Position numbers and translations under genes: made by a program. Below the pieces are notes generated by a model. The model worked only from the letters and a program-made list of their open reading frames with translations. It had not been told where the DNA came from and did no database searches. A DNA stretch of 63,591 nucleotides, filler included, from Kipferlia bialata (taxonomy: Eukaryota): the NCBI GenBank assembly GCA_003568945.1. It is 7 parts of 6 records of this genome, joined end to end, with 100 filler letters (N's around TTAATTAATTAA, not from the genome) between each part and the next. Parts side by side here need not be neighbours in the genome. Positions count along the whole stretch, not along the records: positions 39,787 to 49,334 come from BDIP01000483.1; positions 49,435 to 55,673 come from BDIP01000483.1; 5 more parts are not named here. One strand, written 5' to 3'. Positions 39,787 through 52,750 of this stretch are shown here, piece after piece. Every line of letters starts with the position of its first letter. Within the stretch, counting starts at the first letter, position 1.

Positions 39787-40624
39787 ACACCGACTACTCC
39801 CTCAAGGTGGAGGGGGACCCCAAGCTCAGCCTGTCTGCCGCATCCTTTGTCGTGGCATCCACCGCTGCCTCCCTCCCAAGCACATCCATCCCCACCCTCA
39901 CTGTAGACACCATATCCAGTGACAGTGCCTCCATCGCAGTGGGCAAGGACCTCTCTGTCCCCAACACCTTCTCCGTAGACTCCGAGGGCGGTGCCTCCCT
40001 CTCTATAACTGGCAGTGGAGTGGAAATCGATGCCCCTAACGGTCTCAAGGTTTCCTCCCTCTCCTCCGACTCTGACATTGCCATCTCCAGTGATGTCACC
40101 CTCTCTGACCCCCTCTATGCCGAGGGAGGGGTGACGGGGGCAGTCACAGGGGGACCCCTCTCTCTCAGGCCATACCACACGACTGGGTCATCAGTGGATA
40201 TGGACCTAGCCTTTGACGGGACTACCCTGTCCATGAGTGTACCAGGCACCCCTCTCTCCATAGAGGCATCGTCTTTGACAGTCTCTGCCGGTGTATCGTG
40301 TCCGACTCTGACTGTCACCAGCCGGATCAGTGCCACCAGCGACGCCCTGGCACTCTCTGTGGGGGCTGTGGATGATGTCCTCACCCTCTCCCCTGACACG
40401 TGCACAGTAGCAGGGTCCATTGCTGCTACCGGGGGCATCAGTGCTGCATCTATTGATGCTGCCTCAATAGGCACCACTGGTCTTCTTAGTATTGGGTCCA
40501 CTGGTACTACCGGTGTCTCTGTTTCCAAGCCCCTCACTGTGACCGGTGGGGTGACCGCCACCTCACTCGGTGTCACTAACCAGTATGTGCTGCCTTGCAC
40601 GGATGGAGAGGACGGAGAGGTCTC

Positions 40625-40658
<34 letters not shown>

Positions 40659-40875
40659 GTGCTATTGTTTGTACACGTCTTACCGATGCACTGCGTACTA
40701 GTTTCTTCCTCTCATCCTAGGTCCTTACCTCTGATGGCGCTGGCTCCCTGTCTTGGGCCAAGCCCCTGACTGGTGCCACAGTGTCTGCCCCTGCCTCCGG
40801 TGCCATTCAGAAGGGAGACCCGGTGGTAGTCACATCTGACGGTGAGTATCCATTAGCACGCGCACACACACACAA

Positions 40876-40909
<34 letters not shown>

Positions 40910-42618
40910 CCTGAGTAACCGAATGTGTGGATATCAATACACCCTTCCATAATCTCACTGTCTAGGCAACCTCGAGAGTGTGTACTTCCCGGTCAGACAG
41001 GGTGATCCCCTATCCTTAGAGGCCAGCCTATATGAGTATTCCTGGCGTAGCATGGCCACTGATGGTAACGGTGTCACTCTTTTGTGCTACCAAGAGGACA
41101 CAGGGGAGCAATACGCTGTTATCATCTCACAGGACCGGTCCACTCTGACGAAGGGGTCTCGGGTCAAGCTTGGTACAGATGTGAGTTCTCTACATTGCCT
41201 CTCTAGATACTCATACAGAGTCTTCTCACTACCAGGGCGCCACTAACGGTGCCGCGGTCACGTATGATGCAGCCCATGACCGATTTGTGATATCCTACTA
41301 CGTCTCCGAAGTGGGTAAGGTTGTGGTGGCTACGGTGTCTGATGGTCTCTCGCTATCACTCGGTACAGAGGTCACCTTTGCCAGTACGAGTAACCCAGAG
41401 TGCAGAGGGAAGCAGAGTATAGTGTACGACTCAGTAGCTGCGGCAGTGGTGATTGGGTTCTGTGGGGGGTATGACACGACCAGGTGAGTACAGACACTCA
41501 TACAGTGTACTCTTTCTGTGTATAAATATTATGAACGTGTTAAAATATGTATGTTGACACCAGCCAGTCCTACGTGCCACCTCTCAGGGCTGTGGTGGGT
41601 ACAGTGAACCCGGTTGACAACTCTATTAGCATAGGCACAGAGTTGACGCTAAATGACGTCAATATCTATGGACGTGTCGGTTTCGGCTTCTTCTACGACG
41701 CCGTAGCCGACACCGTTGTAGCGTTGTATGTTGACTACGATACCAAGTCTTTCCTGGGCCGCCTGATGACTGTTGACGGCACTACCATCACAGCCAGCGA
41801 AGCCGTCAATTACGCCCCTTTTGACGACTCTGTCATGTTCCCCGAGATGTGCTATGACACAGTCCACGACAGGATCATTATGACCTATGAGTCCTCAACT
41901 GACCCACTGGGTATCTGGCCTGCCACCAACCAGGTGATGGTGAGAGTGGCCAGGATCGATGGTTCCACTCTCACACTTGGTGACGAGGTTGCGGTCAACA
42001 CTGGCTCTTCCTACACGTATCCCCGGATTGCCTATGACGCACGGGGTGGGTACGCTGTTGTTGTGTACGGTGATCCCAACAACACAGGCGCCACCACTGC
42101 AATAACAGCCACTGTCTCCGGGGAGTCGCTTGATACAGTCACGCTTGGTACACCTGTGGAGCTAGCTGCTGCTGCTTCCGACAACTATGCCAGTATTATG
42201 TACTTACCAGACTCCAAGAGCATGATTGTCAGCTACAAAGACACCACAGATTCCAATGCTGGGCGGGCCATGGTGTATGCCCCATCGGCCCAGAACAACC
42301 TGGACTCCTCTGTCTATGTGGGCATTGCCAGGGAGGGGTATGCAGACGGAGAGACGGCTGTGGCATCCACATTTGGGAGCACCAGCGATGGGCACTCAGG
42401 CCTAGAGACGGGAAGAAGGTGATAATATACTACTAACACACACACACATATATATATATTCATTCATTTATCGATGGAGACATGTCTCTGCTCTAGTCTA
42501 GATACTCATACTCAGGTACTACGTGCAGTACGATGGCTCCCTCTCTACCAACCCAGACTCTAAGGAGGTTCAGGCAGGAGTGGCGATGTCGCCTACAGAG
42601 ATGCTTGTCCTGCCCTAA
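39787..42618 (+). CDS. Phage tail-fibre/virion-protein-like beta-rich protein with spliceosomal introns (exons 39787-40619, 40721-40841, 40966-41180, 41236-41483, 41564-42418, 42516-42618; 5'-truncated)
   Basis: Six exons join in phase. S/T/G/V-rich shaft, then YVLPCTDGEDGE-VLTSDGAGSLSWA, ASGAIQKGDPVVVTSDG, repeated YD....vvi.Y...v.tv.G..lslG.ev blades, and a terminal VYVGIAREGYADGETA...SGLETGRR-YYVQYDGSLSTNPDSKEVQAGVAMSPTEMLVLP*. The family assignment comes from recalled similarity to environmental tailed-phage proteins. Confidence 0.7.
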
Positions 42619-43149
42619 CCCAGCTGCCTCATGTGTCTGTTACTGCTTATCCAGTAGCATCTTCAACACCAGCCATTGTATGTAACGTATTGCACACTGA
42701 CCTTCTGAGTTGTTACCGTCTCCTCAATGAGGGTGTTCAACGAAATTCCTCAGGGACTAATCGTGTCTGTGTTACATACCTCGTCCACGGTACGTGGATA
42801 GGTCCCATCTTCCGTGCCATGGACTGTCACAGTGTCGGTCTCAACTCGATCTTACGTATAGATGCGACATGGGAGCATGCTAGATTATAGATTATAGATT
42901 ATAGATAATAGATGATAGAATGTATATAGGATGCTAGCAATCATTGGGAAGGGGATAGGGGCTTTGAATACAAATTTACATGTACTTCTCGGCGAGAAGT
43001 CTCGCCACATCTGGCAACTGGTATATATGACGGGCTTGGCTATGCAAATGTAGTATTCTGCCGATATCATTACATATATTGTTCCTTGGATCCACATATC
43101 TACTGACCGTACGTATCTTGTACACGGTGGCATCTTATCACGAGTTGTT

Positions 43150-44665
43150 ATGTCAAAATTCCTGTATCCATTTCCAAGCGTCTCAAGGACCTCAGAGTTT
43201 AGGGTCACAGTAGAGAACTTGGTCTAGACTCTACACTTCTACTGGAACATGGAAACCCACTTTCAACTGTAGGTGTCTTCACCGAGGATATCTCTCATCC
43301 AGAACTAGTGCGAGGTCTTCCGGCACATGTTGCCAACTGGAGCGGTCACTTCTCTTTCCAACATGACACCTCTACCTTGGTACGATATACAGAGTCGAAA
43401 CTATATATGCAAACTCCTATAGAACACGTCTTCGCTGTCATATATGTCTCACACAGATTCCTTTCATTAGCTGGTAATTCGATCTTCTGTTTACACTGTA
43501 AACCCTACAGTGGTGTGTCATGCACTCTCTCACTGTACTGTCAATTGCAGAACTGGCATTTGTGATACTATGCTGTACCCACCCTAGGTTTGACAGCTGC
43601 ACCCAGGTCTTAGAGGGTGTTGACCTAGGATATGACCTTCAAAGTGCATCACTTGGAGACGGTACTGCCATGGTTCTTGGCAAGACAGGGGCAGGTGTTG
43701 GAGAATTGACTTTCATGTACGTTCAGTTATATATGCTTGGCACCACAAGATATCTATTATGATAAGAGTTGGATTATAGAGGTTCTCTCTCTGGTAAGGT
43801 GGCCAACACCAGGTGCAACATAGTGGGTCTACAGTTGGATGATACACTAATATGTGAGAGGATCGAGTGTCCATTCCAGCGCTGTTGTGCAGTGACCTTG
43901 GTACCCACTCCTATATCCGGTGTGGTATGGGCTGGCAAAGTAGAGCTTGTGGACAAAGAGGAAGGGGTACCTTCATTCAGAAACACACTCTGGACCTTCC
44001 ACATTGACACGAGAGAGTGGGTCTCTCAACCATATCTGGGTATGGAGACTTTACCCACTGAGGCAAGAGACTATGCAATCCGTGACCTTAGTATAGTTCA
44101 CGTGGGGGAACATGCAGATTGTCTCATAGTTTGCACTTCAAAGGCACAATGGGATTCATCACGGTCTCAGCTAGAACTCATCTATGGTGGCGCAGATCCA
44201 CTCTTGGTGCTAGATACGTCGTCAATGCAGAGTGTTCCCTTTGGACAGAACACTCCAGTGAAGGATATCTCTCCTGCTCTTGAGACACTGTATTCTGCTC
44301 CACAGAATCTGTTGTCACCCTGCTTTGGAAACACAGAGGCCACTTCTGACACAGTTGTTGGTGTCGGTGGGAGGATTCTGATTCTCGGCTCAAGTGAACG
44401 CCCACAGAATCACCGTGAACCTTATATACTACGCCCACCACACATCCTCGACCCCATATCTTTGGAATTGATAGAATGTGACCCTATCCCTGCCCTGAAC
44501 ATCAATGCCCACTCGCGTCGTATTCTCTGTCAGCTCTTACCGAACACTCTCCTTCTGCTTGAGTCTTTGGAATTTCTGTCCTTTAGGAGATTCCAGAGAG
44601 TGTTTCTGATTGAGGTCTCGGAGTCAATTCTCAGACATTACACAGACTGGGACTATGATTGGTGA
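43150..44665 (+). CDS. Hypothetical protein, copy 1 of a tandem pair (possibly a divergent beta-propeller)
   Basis: Long terminal exon (ORF 43769-44665, ends HYTDWDYDW*) preceded by small exons; the start at 43150 is tentative. Collinear with the ORF at 46332-47096. Confidence 0.6.
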
Positions 44666-45465
44666 AGTGACGACTGAATCTCCAACATGTTATTGCTGCT
44701 TACATATCAGAGTCAGTATCCAGTATTATCCTGGCACAGTTGATTCATTAAACGAAAACAGAAATAGACTCAGAACGCATTTACAGAGATACAACAGAAA
44801 CATTTGCGCGTATACCACCAAGAACACAGCCAGAAATGGGTATAGAGGTTGTTCTTGGCACGTGGGGTCTTGCCAAGATTGTAACTGCTGCTCTCTGTCT
44901 CGCCTCTAGCCTGTAAATAAGACGTACCGCCATACATTGCACACCAATACTGTAGCATGGGGACATCCATGAACCTGAACTTCAGGTCCTGAAGTCTGAA
45001 TACTACACCCGTACATTTCGTAGAAGTCGGATTCAAGCCGCACAGACGAATATTCCACAAAATCCACTCAAGTAGAGTATCTGTAGTGGTTATAGCGAGT
45101 CAGAATCCAACGTTCCCTCATATGCTATGAGGCTTATAACAACCGTCCACAGTGAGGATTCCTCACTCTCACTTTACCCCTCTGACTAATCCTGTCACAG
45201 TGTCGGCCTTACCTCAACCTGACGTGTAAATACGACATGGGAGCATACTAGATTATAGATTATAGATTATATATAGCATGCTAGCAAGCATTGGGAAGGG
45301 GATTGGGGCTTTGTGAACATTTACTTCTCGCCACTCATGGCCTGGCATATATGACGTGCATGGCTATGCAAATGTAGTATTCTGCCGATATCATTACATA
45401 TACTGTTCCTTGAATCTTGTGGTCGCAGGCATCTTGTACACGGTGGCATCTTATCACGAGTTGTT

Positions 45466-47096
45466 ATGTCAAAATACCTGTATCCATTACCAAGCGTCTC
45501 AAGGACCTCACAATTTAGGGTCACAGTAGAGAACTTGGTCTAGGCTCTAGTAGACTTCTACTGGAACATGGAAACCCACTTTCAAGTGTAAGTGTCTTCA
45601 CCGAGGATATCTCTCATTCAGAACTAGTGTGAGGTCTTCTACCGGTACATATACTCTCTCCCACCATGACCTCCATCATCCTCTCCCTCTCCAAGACCAG
45701 GTATATATATATACATAGATATAGTGCCACCGGGTGGCATCTTATCAGGGTGAGGTCTTCTACCGGTACATGTTGCCAACTGGAGCGGTCACTTCTCTTT
45801 TCAACATGACACCTCTACCTTGGTACGACATAAATAGTCGATTACGCAAACTCATATAGAACACGTCTTCTGAAGTATATGTGTCTGACACAGAGTCTCA
45901 TTCATTGGCTGGTGATTCAGTCTACTGTTTACAGCAAGGTATCTATCATACACTTCCTCTCAGTACAGTGGAACGTACGAGTCATTTTAGCTGCTGTCCT
46001 AACCTCACCTCAGGTTTGACAGCTGCGCCCAGTTTCCAGAGGATATTGACCTAGGATACGACCTACAGTGTGTGTCACTTGGAGACGGTACTGCCATGAT
46101 TCTTGGCAAGACCGGACCGGCCGGGGAGCGGGGGTTAAAGTACCGGTATGCATACCTCTCTTCTTGTAGCGCCGTACTTACAATTTCACTCATTCTACCA
46201 TAAAGGAACGGAAATAGTCGCATAGGTCTTCTCTCTCCCAACACACCAGGTGCTACATACTGGGTCTACAGTCGGGTGATGACGTACTGACACGTCAGAA
46301 GATTAAGTGCCCCTTCCGCAAGTGTTGTTCTGTGTCAATGGTAACCACTCCTGTGTCCGGTGTTGTATGGGCAGGAGCTGTAGAGCTTGTGGACATCGAG
46401 GAAGGGGTACCTTCATTCAGAAACACACTCTGGGCTTTCCACATTGACACGAGAGAGTGGTTCTCCCAAACTGTGTTAGGTAAAGAGACAATAACCACTC
46501 AGGTCAACCAGTGTGCCATTCATTACCTTGGCAGTGTTGACGTGGGTGAATACACTGAGTGTATCTTTGTATTCGCAAGAGAGGCACGATGGGATTCCTT
46601 TTACGGGCGCCTTCTCTATTCTGCTGGTGGTGACAGTGAACTGATGTTGGATACGTCAACAATGCAGAGTGTTTCAGTTGAAAAGAACAGTCGGGTGACG
46701 TTAAACCCACCCAACTTTCAGCTACTGTTATTCGCGCCACAACACTTGTTGTCACCTTGTATAGGGAACAGCAGACTCTCTCCTGAGTATTCCTATGTCG
46801 CTGTGGGTGGACGAATACTGATTCTTGGCTCACGTGACACTGACCAAGACCCTATACTTCTTCGTCCACCACATATTCTGGATCCCATATCTCTTGAGCT
46901 GATAGAGTGTGAGCCTATCCCTACCCTGGACCGTAACCCCGACTTCGACCTTATCCTCTGTCAGCTCACATCGAACACAATTCTGGTTCTTGAGTCCTCG
47001 AAATTCCTGGAGGATAGGAAGGACCTGAGAGTGCTACTGATTAAGATATCAGAGTCAACTCTTAGACACTACACAGAGTGGGACTATGATTGGTAA
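45466..47096 (+). CDS. Hypothetical protein, copy 2 of the tandem pair; 5' part apparently disrupted (possible pseudogene)
   Basis: ORF 46332-47096 is paralogous to 43769-44665 (EEGVPSFRNTLW.FHIDTREW, RPPHILDPISLELIEC, HYT.WDYDW*). CGA->TGA at 45630 and a 121-bp insertion relative to copy 1. Confidence 0.55.
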
Positions 47097-47376
47097 GGGA
47101 GAACCGATTGAAACTCCACTTGTTCCTTACATGTGGTTCACGCAAGAGTAACACTGTGATATACAATTTGTATGTAGAGGCAGTAGTTCTCAGTGGTAAC
47201 TTACCACTGCTTTCATATCAGAATCAAGCATTACCGTGTAGATTCTTCAAACAGATAATAGATTAGACATATAACGCATTTATAAAGATTTCACAGGAAC
47301 ACGTGCGCGAATACCACACACTACACAGCCACCCGAAAAGGGTCTAGAGAGAGAGAGAGAGAGAGAGAGATATTCT

Positions 47377-49296
47377 CTACTCATCCTTGGGTCTCCTCTT
47401 GGCACGGGGGGTCTTGCCCTCAGAGTCCTTCCTCTCTCTCTTGCGCTCTGGGGTGAGATATGAGCAACAGCATCAATACACATCAATATACATATAATAC
47501 CTTCAAAAGCTACAGTGGATATGGGTAAGGAGGTGGTTGAAGTGAAGTATATATATGTACTGACGTACTCTTTCTCTTTCCGTCCTCCTCCTCAGCACCC
47601 TCCTCGGCGTCTCTTCTCTTCTTCTTCTTCTTCTTCTTCTTCTCTCCGTCCTGAGAGTGAGAGTGAGAGAGAGAGAGAGGAAAATAATTGAAAAGAAGAT
47701 AGACCTAGGAGTGCCTAGCACACATACGAAAATATCTAAAAATGCTTGTGCTACTAACCTCAGAGGAAGACTTGGACTTCTTCTTCTTCTTGGGTGTCTT
47801 GAGGGGGATGGGCTGGGGTCAAAGGGGGGATAAAGACATATACACACATACACATATATGTAGCAGTATAAAGATACATAAATTCTTCTTCTTGGGTGTC
47901 TCGAGGGGGATGGGATATACATAGCGTTATATAGTTAACATATACACATACACAGATATATCTATGCCTGTTGGGTGTGTTGAGGGGGATTGGCTGGGGG
48001 AAAAGGGTGGGGTGTATAGCTGGATATTCATTTATCAGACTTCACCTCTCACAATATAGATACGCAATATGTAAACATATTAATAATTATAATAAACTAA
48101 TTCATCGTACCTCCTCCTTGACCTCCTCCTCCTCAACAACAGGCTCAGCCTCTGGCTCGGGGACTGCCTGGAGGATTAGTACGAACAGATGTATATAGTA
48201 AATACAGTGTTGTGCATATCGACGTGAGATGTGGGGTACTCACCTCCTCAGCAACCTCCTCCTCCTCAGCATCTGCCTCTGCCTCTGCATCTACATCAGC
48301 CTCTGCCTCTGGCTCCGAGGTATCGAGGGCGATGCTGCCGGTGGTGCCCTGGGGGTCAGAACAAGACAAACGAATATGCATACACGTACTATATCAATAT
48401 ACAGTTAGAGTTTGTACCTCGAGCTTGGCGGTGTACTGCTCATTGGCCACAGCTGCCTCAGCGGTGGTCATGACACACTCTGGGGGTGAGTGTATATAAA
48501 TATATATAAACACACACATATATATATAAACACATACACATGTTGAAAGAGAGAGAGAGATGGATGATGGTCCTGACACGCCGTGCGGGGTGAGGGAGGG
48601 GGATTGATACACAGTGGGTAGATGAAAGTAACATATACGCAGGAGATACATCATGAGATACATCCTCATATGCGTACCAACTGCGTCATCGTCCAGGGAC
48701 ACAGTGAGGAAGGGGATGCCCTTCATGGCCTGGGGGTCAGAGGGGGGGGAAAGAGGGGGGGGGGGGAGAGAGAGAGAGTAAAGAGAATGACCCAGCACAC
48801 TGCCTCATGTATGATAGCTTACGTAGAGAGAGATACACAGAGACTAATAAAGATATAGTGCCGCACCTTCATCCCGGCCACCTTGACCCTCATGTAGCTG
48901 CCCTCTGTGATGAGGTCACCCACGTCCTCCAGCACCATGTTGTCCACGGCACTTGCTACCTATTGGGTAAGAGTAGTAGTATATTGAGATACACAAGGAT
49001 TGGGGGGGGGGGGGTTATACGTTACCAAGTTGTCCTCGGTACTACTATCTATTGGGTTAGGAAGGAAGACATAGATACGGAGGAGGTGGGAAGAGGGGGG
49101 GGGGGGCATGCTGTACTAATTATGATGATGTCCCTTGTACCTGCTACTAGTGGGATTGGGTCTGATATGTACATATAACACACTCGAGTAGGAGGGAAGG
49201 GTTACATATTCGTACAAATATACATACCTCATCGGAGTTCTCTCCTTCCCGCTCCTCAATCTCTCTCTCCATCTCCATCTCGCTGTCACCATCAGC
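47377..49296 (-). CDS. Acidic then lysine-rich tailed protein, possibly RNA polymerase I RPA43-like (OB-fold end plus K-rich tail), 5'-truncated
   Basis: Exons ...DLITEGSYMRVKVAGMK-AMKGIPFLTVSLDD... then E/A-rich exons, TPKKKKKSK, KKKKKKKKRR and ...GKTPRAKRRPKDE*. The RPA43 call is a weak motif resemblance only. Confidence 0.45.
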
Positions 49297-49298
49297 CT

Positions 49299-49331
<33 letters not shown>

Positions 49332-49983
49332 TAGNNNNNNNNNNNNNNNNNNNNNNNNNNNNNNNNNNNNNNNNNNNNTTAATTAATTAANNNNNNNNNN
49401 NNNNNNNNNNNNNNNNNNNNNNNNNNNNNNNNNNCCCAGTCCCCCCCCCCCCCCCATCCCCCCTCCCCCTTGTCTATCCTTCTACCAGCCTCCTTCGAGG
49501 AGTGTGCATCCTATGTATACTCTATTCGCTACCCCCATCTACCCTATGTGCTGTACATGTATGTCATTCCTCTATATAGGTATATGTGTATTATTTATCC
49601 CTTCACCACAGCTTCTGGGGCATGTGTACCTTGATTCTTTTACCTTTTTCATTACCCCAGTTGTGCTGTTCTCTATTCTCTCAAATGCTGATATTCTTAT
49701 CCCTTACCCTCACCCTCAGCTGCTTGGCCGCGTGCACCTTGAGACTGGTACTCACCTATATATATATATATATATTAATATATATTATATTCCTCTCTCT
49801 CTCTATGTATATGTATATATATAGTCCCTCCCGCCTTCCCCCACCCCAGCTGCTTGGCCGTGTGCACCTAGCTTCTGGAACATCTGGACATTAATATTTA
49901 TATACTACTATTCGTTTCCCCATCTGCTCTATGTTCTCTTGTCCTTATATATTGATATTCTTCTCCCTTACCCCCACCCCCAG

Positions 49984-51311
49984 CTTCTGGGCCGTGTGCA
50001 CCTTGAGACTGGTGTGTACAGGGCCATGATGATGAGGCAGAAGAGGCAGAAGATTGATCTATATCAGGTATGTATATATAGTATACACACATGTATATAT
50101 AATACATAGGGCCATGATGATGAGGCAGAAGAGGCAGAAGATAGACCTGTATCAGGTATATATATTATATATATATATACAATATAGTATACACACATGT
50201 ATATACACAACAATAGGGCCATGATGATGAGGCAGAAGAGGCAGAAGATAGACCTGTATCAGGTGTGTATATATATATATATATATATAATATAGTATAC
50301 AACAATAGGGCCATGATGATGAGGCAGAAGAGGCAGAAGATAGACGTGTATCAGGCATGTATAGTGATGACAGCCGTGCATAAGGGCACATGTTTTACAT
50401 ATTAACAAGAATAATGTAAGAATATATATATATATATATATATATATTGAGTCACTCTCTTACATCCAGGAAACCCATCGTCCACTTTACACATATGTTC
50501 ATGCATTCAGATGTAATAATTATCTCACTCTCAGGAGACCCACCGACAGCTCTGCACCAAGGGCAAGAGGGGCAAGGACAAGAGTGTGTTTGGGGTGGCA
50601 AATGGGGAGGGGAGGTATGGTGCATACAGGCAATCCAATGTATATGAATATTGTATTTGCGTGTGTGTGTATGTATTGACTCCAGGTATCTTCGTCTGTC
50701 CATTGAGCACCCCCTGCCCATAACTCAAGTCTACGTATATGTATATGTAATCATATATTCCTGATCGATATACTATACTCACCCTCCAGATACCTTCGTC
50801 TGTCCATTGAGCACCCCCTGCCCAGCCCCCTGTCCACCACGAGTGAGGGGGGTGTCACAGCAGTGTACCCAGAGGGGATGCAGTGGACACCAGACATGGA
50901 GGTGTGTATTGTGTGTATTGTATATATTATATATAATATTCCATACTGTATGTGTATGAGTGCTGTGTACCCAGAGGGGATGCAGTGGACACCAGACTTG
51001 GAGGTATATTACATACTATACATATTGTGTATATGTATATGTTCTATATATATAGTATATGTATGAGCTGTGTACCCAGAGGGGATGCAGTGGACACACG
51101 ATATAGAATAGTTTGAATATGTATGGGTGTATCCATTTCCTATCTCACCTCATTTGCTCTCTCCCTACCCTCACCCCAGTGGTGCACTGCCTACTACGGT
51201 GTGACTGACACCATGGGCAGTGGGAAGACAGAGGGAGGGGAGAGGGAGAGAGAGAGGGTGGAGGAGGTGGTGGTCTCAGCCCTCGTGGCACAGCACGCAC
51301 TCAAGTACTGA
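49984..51311 (+). CDS. Hypothetical protein, 3' part
   Basis: In-phase exons LLGRVHLETGVYRAMMMRQKRQKIDLYQ-ETHRQLCTKGKRG...-DTFVCPLSTPCPAP...GMQWTPDME-WCTAYYGVTD...VVSALVAQHALKY*. Confidence 0.6.
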
Positions 51312-51702
51312 GTACCTCTACTCCCTGTAGTTATGCTGGAGGTGACAGACGCCTTCCTTTGGTCCCAACCGTCAAGAGAGAGATGGATATATATGTCAAG
51401 AGAGATGGAGAAGGACGTGGTGCTCTATACATGGACACGTCGATACACCATCCTTCGATGATATTGATATACCACAGATTCTAGAGTGACCACGTGTCTA
51501 TATGATGTGGATTAACTGGTATGGTACCATTCCTAGGATATGTAGTTGCCCCTATATTGGGGTGGAGGAAGAATTTTGGGATCATACCCCAAATAGTAAG
51601 TGGCGAGTGTTATTGCAATAGATCGTTGATATATATCTATTGATCATTGTTGGTATATGTGTCTTTCACAAGGAAACTGCACACCATATATTGCTATATC
51701 CC

Positions 51703-52709
51703 TCACTCCACGGCCATTGTCTTGTCTGCCTCTGCCTCCCTCTGGTCATCCTCCTGGGGGTGGGTATAAGGAAACACATACTATATATGTCTATATATAC
51801 ATTATCTATATGTACATTATGAGTGAAATTGATATCTTCATGTGTGGATAACTAATATATATAGAGAGATATCTCTCTGGTCATCCTGAGGGAGGATATA
51901 AGAACATACTATATACAATATAGACACTATGAATTCTTGTATGTGAGACACTATATATATATTAAGGAAACAAAGTGCACAATGCGAGCTATGGTGTGGT
52001 CTCGTACTAATGAGACATATCCATACACATGTACCTCCCCCTCAAAGAGATGCCCGGCCAGCAGTGCCTCCTCAGTCACCCTGGGAGGTGAGGCAATATA
52101 TATATACTACAGTACATATATGCATATACAACACATATGAAGATATGTTTACTCAGATACATTTTCTATTGCAAGCAGTGCCTCCTCAGTCACCCTGGGG
52201 GTGAGGATATATATACACATCAAACATACATATATAAAGATATATATTCTACAGATGCACATACTATTGTAAAGGGGCCGCATCAGTTCATCCCGCAGAC
52301 AGGACATACAATATACACTATTGATATAGCATGTACATACATACATATGTATCATTCATACTATACCTTGGGAACTTGAGCTTAGCACTTGCACTGAGCT
52401 CATCCTGGAGACAGAAGCATATCCTCATGAGGGTGGACAGCTGGGACTCGGAGGGGGCACCCATGGCTGAGGGTTGGTATAAAGGATACCTATATATATA
52501 TAGAGAGAGAGAGAGAGAGGTATATACATGGTGGAGAGCTGGGACTCGGAGGGCGCCCATGGCTAGTATGAGAATGAATAATGTACTTACATATATATAG
52601 AGAGAGTAACAGTAAAGTTATCGATAGGAATGTGTGTTGTATATGCATGAGGGTGGAGAGGTGGGACGAAGAGGTGGCACCCATGGCTGAGGGTGAGGAT
52701 ATATATTAT

Positions 52710-52750
<41 letters not shown>

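Larger units (their letters stand above)
42823..47450. repeat. Diverged tandem segmental duplication (about 42823-44910 and 45192-47450)
   Basis: Shared blocks in the same order: ctgtcacagtgtcgg, tagattatagattatagattat, gcaaatgtagtattctgccgatatcattacatata, ccttcattcagaaacacactctgg, tgggactatgattgg, cttggcacg.gggg tcttgcc. Confidence 0.9.

Noticed and set aside
40115..40600. Long antisense ORFs over the fibre-like gene (also 39735-40178)
   Set aside because: They are the shadow of a GC-rich S/T/A/V-biased sense ORF with no independent coding signal.
39787..42618. Prophage, giant-virus insertion or bacterial contamination
   Set aside because: Host-type introns and no neighbouring capsid, terminase or integrase genes; it is better explained as a single acquired gene.
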